Assembly: GCA_965242925.1 (NCBI GenBank)
Contig: CBDEUM010000022.1
Location: 64,001-128,000 of the forward strand
Direction of reading: 5' to 3'
DNA length: 64,000 bases
DNA from: Roseibacillus sp.
GTDB taxonomy: Bacteria; Verrucomicrobiota; Verrucomicrobiia; Verrucomicrobiales; Akkermansiaceae
A program made the translations under genes and the position numbers. The notes under the pieces were generated by a model. The model was not told where the DNA came from. It worked only from the letters and a program-made list of their open reading frames with translations, and searched no databases. This document shows, in pieces, positions 20,810 to 29,710 of the stretch (positions within the stretch are counted from its first letter, which is position 1; each line of letters opens with the position of its first letter).

Positions 20810-21820
20810 CTACTCCTCTCCCTCTCCTATGGGATCGCCCTGCGGCAGCGGATCAGGGTGCACCTGCTTCAAGTACTTGAACAGGTCACTATCGGTAGAC
20901 AGGACCACCGTGCTTTTTCCCCCGATGATCAACGGGTAAAGTTCCATCGTCCGGGAGAACTCATAAAACTCTGCGGCCTGTGGACTCTGGTTGTAGGCGG
21001 CGGCGTAAATCCCGGTCGCCCTGGCGTCCGCTTCCCCCTTGATCTCCTGGACCTTTCGGTAGGCCTCCGATTCAATCACATTAAGATCCTTCTCCATCTG
21101 CCCGGTGATCTTGGCCGCCTCCCCGGCACCCTCCGAGCGGAACCGCTCCGCGATCTGTTTCCGCTCTGACATCATCCGCTGATAGATCTGTCTCTCCACG
21201 CTTTGATTATAGTTCACCCGCTTGAAACGGACATCCAGCAACTCAATCCCAAACTCCTCCAACTTCACACGGCTCTTTTCAAAGATATCCTTTTCCAGCT
21301 CTGTGCGTCCACGGGAGATCTCGGGCAGGACCCCTACCTCACCGCCCAGATCGGCCTTCGCCAACTCATCAACCTGGGTCGGAACGCGATCCTTGGTCGT
21401 CCGAATCACTTCAATCAACTCATGCTTGGCAATGGTATTCCGTGTTTCCGAACCGAGGATATCGTTCAGGCGGGACTGGGCACTGCGCTCATCCCTGAGG
21501 CGTTGAAAATACTTGAGAGGATCCGTGATCTGCCATCGCCCGAAGGTGTCGACCATGATCAGGGTCTTCTCCTTGGTAGGCATCTGGTCGCTCGGTCCAT
21601 CCCATTCAAGAATCCTTTTTTCGATGATGTTGATCTTCTGGATGAAAGGCACCTTGAAATGGAGACCCGCTTCCGTGACAGGTTTCCCTTTCGGGTCCCC
21701 GAACTGGGTGATGATCACCTGCTCGCGCATGTTCACCGTGTAAGCCGCACTGCTGAGCACCACAATCCCCGCCATGACCAGGATCGCGGTAAGACACCCT
21801 GAAAATACCTTCTTGTTCAT
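20810..21820 (-). CDS. hflC: FtsH protease modulator HflC (SPFH domain)
   Basis: N-terminal TM; GLHFKVPFIQ and RMMSERKQIAERFRSEG; 4-bp overlap with the upstream hflK. Confidence 0.9.
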   Translation of the reverse strand: MNKKVFSGCLTAILVMAGIVVLSSAAYTVNMREQVIITQFGDPKGKPVTEAGLHFKVPFIQKINIIEKRILEWDGPSDQMPTKEKTLIMVDTFGRWQITDPLKYFQRLRDERSAQSRLNDILGSETRNTIAKHELIEVIRTTKDRVPTQVDELAKADLGGEVGVLPEISRGRTELEKDIFEKSRVKLEEFGIELLDVRFKRVNYNQSVERQIYQRMMSERKQIAERFRSEGAGEAAKITGQMEKDLNVIESEAYRKVQEIKGEADARATGIYAAAYNQSPQAAEFYEFSRTMELYPLIIGGKSTVVLSTDSDLFKYLKQVHPDPLPQGDPIGEGEE

Positions 21821-22806
21821 CGTTGGACTCCTCCCTGGTTCAACTGCAGCAGAGGAAGGATCTGCTGCCCTGCCTCATCCATGATAATCTTCCGCTCCAG
21901 CAGCGGCATCACCTCCTGCATCGTCTCCAGATACATGCGCCGTCGCGTGACCTCCGGGGCCTCCTTGTAGGCTTTCAAGAGAGCTTCAAACCGGGTCGCG
22001 TCTCCCTCTGCTTCATTGACCCGCTTGGTGGCGTAACCCTCGGCCACACTGACCGCTCTTTCTGCCTCTCCTCTCGCCTTCGGGATCTTCTTATTATACT
22101 CCCCGTTGGCAACATTGACGGCGGTGGCACGTTCCTGTTCCGCCCGGTTGACCTCATTGAAGGATTCTTCCACCTCCCGCGGGGGTTTGACGTTCTTGAG
22201 CTGGACCTGGTCGATACTGATACCCATTTCGTAATCGTTGACCAGACTCTGCAGTTTCCGAGAGCTTTCACTTTCAATCTCCTGGCGTCCAATCGTGATA
22301 ACCTCATCCACCGTCCGGTCCCCCACCACTTCACGCATCACGGACTCGGATGCATGTCGCAGGGTCTCATCCGCATTACGCACGTTGAAGAGGTATTCCT
22401 GTGGCTTATCGATGCGATACTGCACCACCCATTCAACGCGCGCGGCATTCAGATCACCGGTCACCATCTCCTTCTCCTGCTCCTGTTCCGTATCCCCGGA
22501 ATACTGGTTGGGATTGGTGTTTCCCCTCGTTCCAAATCCGAATTCCTGCTTCATCTGGCGCAGGACTTCCACCTTCTCCACCCTGTCGATGAAGAACGGC
22601 AGTTTGAAATGAAGCCCTGGAGATTCTGTTTTTTCATACCTCCCGAAGCGCAGGACCACACCTTCCTCATCTGCCTTCACCGTATAAAAGGAGGTCAGCA
22701 ATCCAACTGCGATGAACACGACCACAATTCCCGTCACCACAAAGCGCGCCTTGATCTCAGGGAAGTCCAGCTGAACCTTTTTCCCTCCGATGTCGATCTC
22801 TAACAT
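21817..22806 (-). CDS. hflK: FtsH protease modulator HflK (SPFH domain)
   Basis: EEGVVLRFG, MVTGDLN, IPKARGEA, AEGDATRF and APEVTRRRMYLETM motifs. Confidence 0.9.
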   Translation of the reverse strand: MLEIDIGGKKVQLDFPEIKARFVVTGIVVVFIAVGLLTSFYTVKADEEGVVLRFGRYEKTESPGLHFKLPFFIDRVEKVEVLRQMKQEFGFGTRGNTNPNQYSGDTEQEQEKEMVTGDLNAARVEWVVQYRIDKPQEYLFNVRNADETLRHASESVMREVVGDRTVDEVITIGRQEIESESSRKLQSLVNDYEMGISIDQVQLKNVKPPREVEESFNEVNRAEQERATAVNVANGEYNKKIPKARGEAERAVSVAEGYATKRVNEAEGDATRFEALLKAYKEAPEVTRRRMYLETMQEVMPLLERKIIMDEAGQQILPLLQLNQGGVQR

Positions 22807-22931
22807 GATCGGGAGGATACAGCCTCAGCACCTCGCAGCCACTACAAAACTCAGCGATTTATGTAACAAGAGATGGCGATAGCCGTGGTCAGAAGATCTC
22901 ACCTCTGGAAATCGTCCTCGCCAAGCCCCCT

Positions 22932-24407
22932 TCAATCCTCTTTTTCACCCTCTGTTTTCGCCTTTCCAGCTCCCGGGTCCGCTTCTCCACCCGGATCCTT
23001 CTTGCTGCCCTCTCCCTCTCCGGCCTGCACGCTCCCCTGCTGTCCCGCGACACATCTCGCAAAACCCTTCATCACGATAGCAGCTGCCTCTGGTCCACAG
23101 GAGTTTGCCTCTCCGTACTGCGACTTCTTCCTGCCATAAGCAAACGGCTTCCTGGCATCCCACTGCCGCTTCGGAATAAGATAACCCACCTCGTCATTGG
23201 CCAACCCGAAGAGCATCCACTTTTCTTCACCCAGCGTCTCTGCGATGGTTGGCTCGAGAGCGGCCTCAGGAAAGTCCGCCGCTGGATCGGCCGGCTCCTG
23301 GAATTTCCCGTATACCAGCTCAGGGTACAGTTCTCCCGGGATCGCTGCCAGCGAGAGCTCTCCGAGTTGCAGGAGAGCCACCTCGGTCTCGATGGTCAGG
23401 AGCTGATCCGGGGACTTCGCACTCATCGCCTGCCCTTTCCGGTAGGGATCCCCCGTGGAGACAAATCCCGCCCGCCGCAGCACCCCCATCGAGAGTCCCA
23501 GGCGATAGAGCCGGTTGGTGACCGGGACGTAAATCAACTGCGCCTGCACCTTCATGGGCGTCAGCTCGAGTGGTTTCGCGGCCTCAACCGCCCGCGCCGC
23601 CAACCCCGCCACTTCGATGCCATGCCTCTCGGTATACTCGAAGGTCGTCGGCCCAGCCGGAGGTGCCATCAACCCACCAACTGTTCCGGTAAAGTAAGCC
23701 ACCGGACACTCGTAGTTCTTCTTCAACTCGCGCACTGTGGCCCACGGAAAATCCGCGGTGATCAGCTTGTTCTTCGAGCCCATCGCCTCCGGATGTGAAT
23801 TCCACTGCACGAGCAGACCCGCCTTCTCCCCGTTCTTCCTCGAAAAAACCAGCACCCGCAGGACCGCGTCAAACACGGTGGGTTGACGGGAATCCTTCAA
23901 CAGGTTCCTGTCCTCTGCCGTCCCATAGGACACCCGCACATCCTTGACCGTCGCCCGTGCCGTGCTCTTTACCAGCTCCCTGCACCTGCGCACCACCTCG
24001 GCCACGTAGTCGTCATTCACTCCGTAGGAAACCTGATTGCGCCCCCACATTCCAACCACATCGGGCCCCTCGTGATTGTGGGTTGAGGAAACGAGCACAT
24101 AGGTGAATTCCGGGAGCTGCTTGCGGATTTCCTGGACTGCGGGAAACTGCAGGCCCACCAGGTCCACCGACACCAGCGCAATCCTCGTCCTGCCCTCTTC
24201 CAGCACCACGCACCTCGCCATCAGGGGATCATGCACCCCCGCCGCCTGCCGGCCCGTCCCGTAACCCGCGAGCCAGACCTTCTCCTTGCCACCCAGCTTC
24301 GGGGTGATGTCCACCTCCCCGAAACCCACGTCAAGAGCCTGGACAGGCCCTGCCAGCACGACCGCCAGAGCCACGAACCGCAGTCTCCTTCGAAAACCAG
24401 CACTCAT
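22932..24407 (-). CDS. Neutral/alkaline ceramidase-like metal-dependent amidohydrolase, secreted
   Basis: DITP, GVHDPLMAR, SSTHNHEGPD, WNSHPE, IPGELYPE and LANDEVGY motifs; signal peptide from ATG 24407. Confidence 0.75.
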   Translation of the reverse strand: MSAGFRRRLRFVALAVVLAGPVQALDVGFGEVDITPKLGGKEKVWLAGYGTGRQAAGVHDPLMARCVVLEEGRTRIALVSVDLVGLQFPAVQEIRKQLPEFTYVLVSSTHNHEGPDVVGMWGRNQVSYGVNDDYVAEVVRRCRELVKSTARATVKDVRVSYGTAEDRNLLKDSRQPTVFDAVLRVLVFSRKNGEKAGLLVQWNSHPEAMGSKNKLITADFPWATVRELKKNYECPVAYFTGTVGGLMAPPAGPTTFEYTERHGIEVAGLAARAVEAAKPLELTPMKVQAQLIYVPVTNRLYRLGLSMGVLRRAGFVSTGDPYRKGQAMSAKSPDQLLTIETEVALLQLGELSLAAIPGELYPELVYGKFQEPADPAADFPEAALEPTIAETLGEEKWMLFGLANDEVGYLIPKRQWDARKPFAYGRKKSQYGEANSCGPEAAAIVMKGFARCVAGQQGSVQAGEGEGSKKDPGGEADPGAGKAKTEGEKED

Positions 24408-24424
24408 CACTCCGCCAGCATCAA

Positions 24425-26740
24425 TTATCTCGCGGGACCCGGCCACCTCAAATGCCGGTGCAAAAACTCGTAGGTTTTCCTCCCGTTGATGGTATGCGGT
24501 CCCACGAACCACTCGATCTCCGCCCGGTCTCCAAGGCCCAGTCGTGCGGCATAGAGAAAGCGCACCTTGGCAAACTCATAGGCCACCGTCTTGTCCGGTG
24601 CCACCCCGTCAAAGTGACCCCGCTCCACCATGAAGGGCCGTGGGCAGATGAGCGCCGCCATTTCAAAGTAGTTGAAGGTCCCTCCCAGATCGAACTCGAA
24701 AATTTCGTATTCCCCCTTGTTGGCGTAGCTGTGGCGCAGGGCAAGAGGATCGGTAGCCGCGTTCTTCCAGACCCACTCGTTGAAGTCGGCCGAGCAGATC
24801 GAGAGGCAATAGCGATCCACCAGGGGAGGAATCCGCATGGCGGACTTGCCTCCATAGCTCAGGCCGTAGAAACCAATCCGGTCGGCATCAACGAAGGGCA
24901 GGTCCGCCAGCCAGTCGGTGATCTGGCGATGCTGGGGAACCATCACCGAAAACAGGGTGCAGCCCACGGCATTGGCCTTGAACTGCAGGATACGGAACAG
25001 GTCCTGGCCCAGGTAGAGGTTCTGCGGGGCAAAGGTTACGAATCCGCGCTCCGCCAGCCGGGTCGCAAAGGCCTTGTAGTAATGGTGGTCCTGCTCGCCC
25101 ACCGTCGACTGCGGGCGCCCCTCCAACCCGTGCTGGCACACCACCACCGGTCGCTTCTCCGAACCATCAAGCTTCATCCCCTTGGGCAAGGTCAGGATTC
25201 CGTAAGCCTTTACCTCTCCCTGCACGTCGAGCATCACTTCGTAACTGATCGTCTTCGGACCCTCCTGAAAGGTTCTCGTGTGCGGATTAGCCACGGCCAG
25301 CTTCTGCAGACTCTCAAACTCACCGATCACCTCCTTGCTGAATTTCTCCCGGAGAGTGGCGATACTCCCTTCGTAATTCCGCACGCTGTCCAGCTTTACC
25401 CCCCTGAACAACCCGTTACGCACACCCTCCGAATCGATCAGGGCTCGTTGGTTGTGCCGTTCGATGGCCTGGACCTGTTGCATGTGGCGCCTGCCGATCA
25501 GCTCCGGAGTCTGCAGCGGCTTGACCGGCACCCAGCCAGGACCGGAAGTTGAAAGGTTGCCGGGGGGAATCTTCACTTCCATCTTCTCCAGGAGCCCCAG
25601 CCAGCTCTTTCGCTCGCCGGCACGCTGGGTGGCTTGAATTGTCACTCCCTCACCCCCGATGCGCGCGACTTCTGACCGCACCGCTTCCAGTGAGTGGCTC
25701 AGCAACTTCCCCGGCTTCCCCCGCTTGCCCGCCCCGGTGCGGAGACGTTGTGGAACACCCCCGGCATCAAGCCGGAAGCCGTAGTCAGGAAAGTGGCCGG
25801 TTTCGATCACCAGTGCCCTCGGCAGGATCAGGCGGGCAATTCCGGCATCCGGGTGCCCCCGCAGCAATCCGAATACCGTTCGATCGGCGGGCTCATCCCA
25901 GACGCGGCCGCGGGGTCCGAAATACCCGCTCACCAATGCGCCATCGAGACGCTCGTCGAGGGCTGCGGCATAAAGGGCAAGCCGTCCGCCCTCCCCCCAG
26001 CCGACCACCGCGACCTTTCCGCTCGTGCTCCGGCCCGACAGGCCCGGATTGCCATTTCGGAAGCAATCGACTGCGGCCAGGATCTTGTGCACCTCGTATC
26101 CCACCAGGGTCCGGCCCAGTTCCCACGCCACCCGGTGCAACCACTCCCGCATTGGCATGGCATGGTGCTCGCTCCGCTTGATCAGGACCGGAACCAGGAC
26201 CCGGCAACCGGCCAGGGCCATCTCGACCGCATAGGGATGAGTGCGCTGGCTCTTGTCCCAGGGCTCGATGCCTCCGAGTTCTTCCGGATCCTGGTCGGCA
26301 TCAGGAAGAGCGATAATGTCAACAAGCGGTTGGGCCCCATCCGGTTCAAACAGCAGACCTGTCGCCTCGGTTCCGCCGATGGTTTTCCATCGCACATTCC
26401 GGACCGTGTAGTTGCGTCCTTTTCCAATTGGCCCCCACCGTTGGCCGGTGTGCTCAAAACCGTTCTCCGTGGGATTCCCATCCCGTGGCATTCCCAGAAT
26501 CCGTGCCAGCTCCTTCCGCGTTCCCGGTCCCCTCTCCTGCATGACTTTCGCGATCTCCCCATCGAGGAAGCTGTCAACCCCCTCCACCATCGCAATGGAC
26601 AGGTCACCCCCGGCTTCCAGAAGTTTCGTCCCCGGCAGAGCCTTTTTCTCGGTCACGGCCTTGAGCAGTGGCCAAGCCGGATTTTCCTGCGCCGAAACCG
26701 TGGCGCACATGCAGATCCAGGCCATCAGCAATCGTTTCAT
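24425..26740 (-). CDS. Secreted tandem alpha/beta-hydrolase (dienelactone hydrolase / acetyl xylan esterase-like)
   Basis: Two hydrolase modules: GWGEGG (degenerate) and GLSYGG (intact); CQHGLEG; PRPFMVERG. Confidence 0.78.
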   Translation of the reverse strand: MKRLLMAWICMCATVSAQENPAWPLLKAVTEKKALPGTKLLEAGGDLSIAMVEGVDSFLDGEIAKVMQERGPGTRKELARILGMPRDGNPTENGFEHTGQRWGPIGKGRNYTVRNVRWKTIGGTEATGLLFEPDGAQPLVDIIALPDADQDPEELGGIEPWDKSQRTHPYAVEMALAGCRVLVPVLIKRSEHHAMPMREWLHRVAWELGRTLVGYEVHKILAAVDCFRNGNPGLSGRSTSGKVAVVGWGEGGRLALYAAALDERLDGALVSGYFGPRGRVWDEPADRTVFGLLRGHPDAGIARLILPRALVIETGHFPDYGFRLDAGGVPQRLRTGAGKRGKPGKLLSHSLEAVRSEVARIGGEGVTIQATQRAGERKSWLGLLEKMEVKIPPGNLSTSGPGWVPVKPLQTPELIGRRHMQQVQAIERHNQRALIDSEGVRNGLFRGVKLDSVRNYEGSIATLREKFSKEVIGEFESLQKLAVANPHTRTFQEGPKTISYEVMLDVQGEVKAYGILTLPKGMKLDGSEKRPVVVCQHGLEGRPQSTVGEQDHHYYKAFATRLAERGFVTFAPQNLYLGQDLFRILQFKANAVGCTLFSVMVPQHRQITDWLADLPFVDADRIGFYGLSYGGKSAMRIPPLVDRYCLSICSADFNEWVWKNAATDPLALRHSYANKGEYEIFEFDLGGTFNYFEMAALICPRPFMVERGHFDGVAPDKTVAYEFAKVRFLYAARLGLGDRAEIEWFVGPHTINGRKTYEFLHRHLRWPGPAR

Positions 26741-26861
26741 CCAGGCACGCTAGAATGACGAGCCCGGGATTGGGAGAGGAATCTACCCGGACGGATAACG
26801 GAAAGCTCAATCCGTAGAGCAGGGCTCCCCCATGCCTACAACCCGCCACTTCCCCCGGAAC

Positions 26862-28796
26862 TCACTTCCCATTCAGGAAGGCAGCCCACCGGGTTTCCGC
26901 GAGGCATGGAGTCAGGCACAGCGCCCCCGGAGGCCCCTGGCCCACCGGTGCAATGGTGAGAGAGGTCTGCGCATGAGAAGGCGTAAAGCGGGCCAGTTCC
27001 AGGGCCACCCGCCCCATGGTGTAACGCGGATTAATCTCCACCACCGGTTTCCACCGCACCGCCCCGTCGCGGTCCTGGTAGAGAAAGGCATCCAGACCCA
27101 CTGGCCCGGTGTAGTGATGCTTCTCCAACAGGGTCACCAGGGCCGGTTCCAGGACACCCTCCAGAAAATCGATGAGATGTCCGTTCCGGGAGGCCCCTTC
27201 GAAGAGGAGACGACACACCTCCTCCTCCAGAAAATCGGTGAATCGATCGGCCACGGTGGCACGACGAAACTGTCCCCGGTCCGTGTTTTCCACCACCACC
27301 AGTCCTCTTTTCCTCAATTCACCATCGGCCATATCGTAGTGCACCGAAAAATCGATGAGACGCGGTAGCCAGGGCTCGATGACCAGTTCCCCCTGCCGGG
27401 CGATCAGGTTTTCGATGCGCGCGTGCAACCCGGCCGAGACTCCCTCCGCGACCCTGCAGACCACCCGGTCCCGTCCCGCCGTGCTGAAGGGCGCCTTCAC
27501 CACACACTCAGGAAATGATGAGGACTCCATCCAGGTCTCTACTGCACCCGCCGAGCAGACCGTTTCTCCGACACACTCGGGGGGGCAGAGCATCGGGTTG
27601 GAGGCACTTTCCAGCAGGCTCCGCAGAAACCCTGCATGCAGCGACTTGGAAAACAATTCCCGCGGCGCCTGGGGACAATCCATCCCCAGTTTGTCGATCA
27701 TGGGCTGGGCATCCGGAGTCCGCGCCCAGGGACGCAACTCGTGCAGCTTGCGCTCCCCGATCTCGGAAACGCGGTCGGCAGAGACAATCTCCGGCAACTC
27801 AATCCCGGCATCCAGCAAGTGGGCGAGAAACGCGGTGGGGGGCATCTCGGGCACGATCACGACATCTTCATGACGGGCCAGGTAGGCCGGCAGCAGTGCC
27901 AGATCGCACTCCACCTGCCGGGCTGCCCCGGTGGATGCAGCCCCTGACGAAACCAGGCTCTCCTCCGCCCCGGGGTTGAACCAGAAGACATTCGGCGTTC
28001 GCCCTTTCGATTGCGCATAGACCTGCAGCTTCCGAATGAATTCCTCGTCGAGTCCAGCCTCCCGGCGTCCCCGCTCGTTGAATGAGAATGCTCCCTTGGC
28101 TCGTGCCGCCGAAAGGGGCAGATGCAGACCGGTCACGAACCTCCGCCAGTCCGACCCTTCCCTCTTCCACCTGCGGAACCACTTCAATCCGTATCTCACG
28201 TGTTCGATCTCGTCACGATAGATCCGCTCCAGGATCGCTGCGGTCTCCAGATCTCCCGCCTCGCCAAACACTTCGGCGTAGCCCCGTGCATAATCGAGAT
28301 TGGCCTGTTCAAAAGTCAGCGAAAGCCGGGTGACGTAGTCGAGCGGGGCAGCCATGGTGGAGACCGTATTCCAGACAAACCCGTTGACCGGAAGATCCCC
28401 GAACTTCACTCCGCAATCGGCCATCCGCTTCAGGTAGAGCTTGGTGTGCATCTGTTCCTCTTTCATGGTCTGCAGCACCCCGGCGCGGAACTCAGCCGGG
28501 GCCTCGGGAAACTTCAGCAGCACCAGAGCCATCAGTTCGGTTGCCAGCAATTCGTGATTGGCAAAGAAATGCAGCAACCTTCCCCGCTGCTCCTCGTTCT
28601 CAAGTCCCACCGTTCCGGGAAACTCGGCCCGGACGCCATCACGCCGCAACCTCAGTTCCTCCGGCCTGCCTGGCGCTTCCGGAGTAGTGATCGGATCTCC
28701 GCGATTCTCATCGCTCACCCCCGGGGGTGGTGGGGCGAGCTTCTCCTCCAGGGTAGTCCCGAAGAGGATGCGTTCCGCAATCTCCCGCACCATCAT
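26862..28796 (-). CDS. DUF455 ferritin-like di-iron domain fused to an ATP-grasp-like domain
   Basis: N-terminal FFANHELLA, EEQMH, FEQANLD and DEIEHV; C-terminal VVKAPFSTAGR, IEPWL, GPVGLDA and VEINPRYTMG. Confidence 0.75.
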   Translation of the reverse strand: MMVREIAERILFGTTLEEKLAPPPPGVSDENRGDPITTPEAPGRPEELRLRRDGVRAEFPGTVGLENEEQRGRLLHFFANHELLATELMALVLLKFPEAPAEFRAGVLQTMKEEQMHTKLYLKRMADCGVKFGDLPVNGFVWNTVSTMAAPLDYVTRLSLTFEQANLDYARGYAEVFGEAGDLETAAILERIYRDEIEHVRYGLKWFRRWKREGSDWRRFVTGLHLPLSAARAKGAFSFNERGRREAGLDEEFIRKLQVYAQSKGRTPNVFWFNPGAEESLVSSGAASTGAARQVECDLALLPAYLARHEDVVIVPEMPPTAFLAHLLDAGIELPEIVSADRVSEIGERKLHELRPWARTPDAQPMIDKLGMDCPQAPRELFSKSLHAGFLRSLLESASNPMLCPPECVGETVCSAGAVETWMESSSFPECVVKAPFSTAGRDRVVCRVAEGVSAGLHARIENLIARQGELVIEPWLPRLIDFSVHYDMADGELRKRGLVVVENTDRGQFRRATVADRFTDFLEEEVCRLLFEGASRNGHLIDFLEGVLEPALVTLLEKHHYTGPVGLDAFLYQDRDGAVRWKPVVEINPRYTMGRVALELARFTPSHAQTSLTIAPVGQGPPGALCLTPCLAETRWAAFLNGK

Positions 28797-28923
28797 GATG
28801 TCTCAACCTGCAAGGGAAGCAGGCACTTATCAAGACTTCGTGACAGAGGTGCGACGCGACAGCCCGCCCCTTCAGGGATCCCCCGGTCTGCGGTAACCAC
28901 AGCCTCAAAACCGACACCCTCCA

Positions 28924-29700
28924 CTACTCACCGAACACCACCTCACCCCACCGCGCCGGCAGGTGCATGTTGACCGCACCCTGGGGACTCCACACCCAGT
29001 TGTCCTCCGGGTGCTCCTGCTCTTCCGGATTGAGGCTCTCGGCGAGCGGCGTGCCATGCGGCGGAATGCGCACGTAGCGGCCCTCCACCACCTCGTGTCG
29101 CCACTGCACGCGCGAGAAGTTCACCTTCCAGATGTCTCCCACTTGCGGCGGGGTGGCACCTTCCCTGTTGAACTGTGCCAGACCAGCCCAGGGAAAGGCC
29201 ACTTCCACCGACCACCCCTCGTCCTCATCACCGGGGTCATTCAGCGTACCCCGGACCTGCACCGCACTCTGCAGGCCAGGCAGATTGCATCCCAGGATCG
29301 GAACTCCTCCCTCTCCGTAGGGTCTGGGCAGGCTCAGTTCCCAGATACTTCCCAGGGCATTGATCTCGAATTCGTAATAATCGAGCCCGTCGCCGTCCGG
29401 ATCGATGAAGACCTCGAAGTCGTTGTCCTCGAACATGACCGCGTTCTTCTCCGTGATCGTTCCCCACACATGGGGCTCCTCCAGTTCCGCCCCCACGTAA
29501 AGGAAGCCGTCATCCCATGCCATTTTCAAGCGGGTGCGGAATCGCGGTCGCAACTCCGGAGCCCCCGTGATATCGACGAAGTCTTCGGTCCACGCCAGAT
29601 CCGACCAGCCCGGGTCGGACAGTGAACCATCAATGGCAATGGAACGATTCACCCGTCGGCAGAGATATCTCCGCGGCACCCTCTCTTTTGCCGTGCTCAC
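28924..29700 (-). CDS. Carbohydrate-binding family 9-like (DOMON-like) protein
   Basis: IDGSL, KMAWDD..LYV, DNDFEVFIDPDGD, YYEFEIN, WSVEVAFPW and MHLPARWG motifs. Confidence 0.8.
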   Translation of the reverse strand: MSTAKERVPRRYLCRRVNRSIAIDGSLSDPGWSDLAWTEDFVDITGAPELRPRFRTRLKMAWDDGFLYVGAELEEPHVWGTITEKNAVMFEDNDFEVFIDPDGDGLDYYEFEINALGSIWELSLPRPYGEGGVPILGCNLPGLQSAVQVRGTLNDPGDEDEGWSVEVAFPWAGLAQFNREGATPPQVGDIWKVNFSRVQWRHEVVEGRYVRIPPHGTPLAESLNPEEQEHPEDNWVWSPQGAVNMHLPARWGEVVFGE

Positions 29701-29710
29701 CGATTTACCC

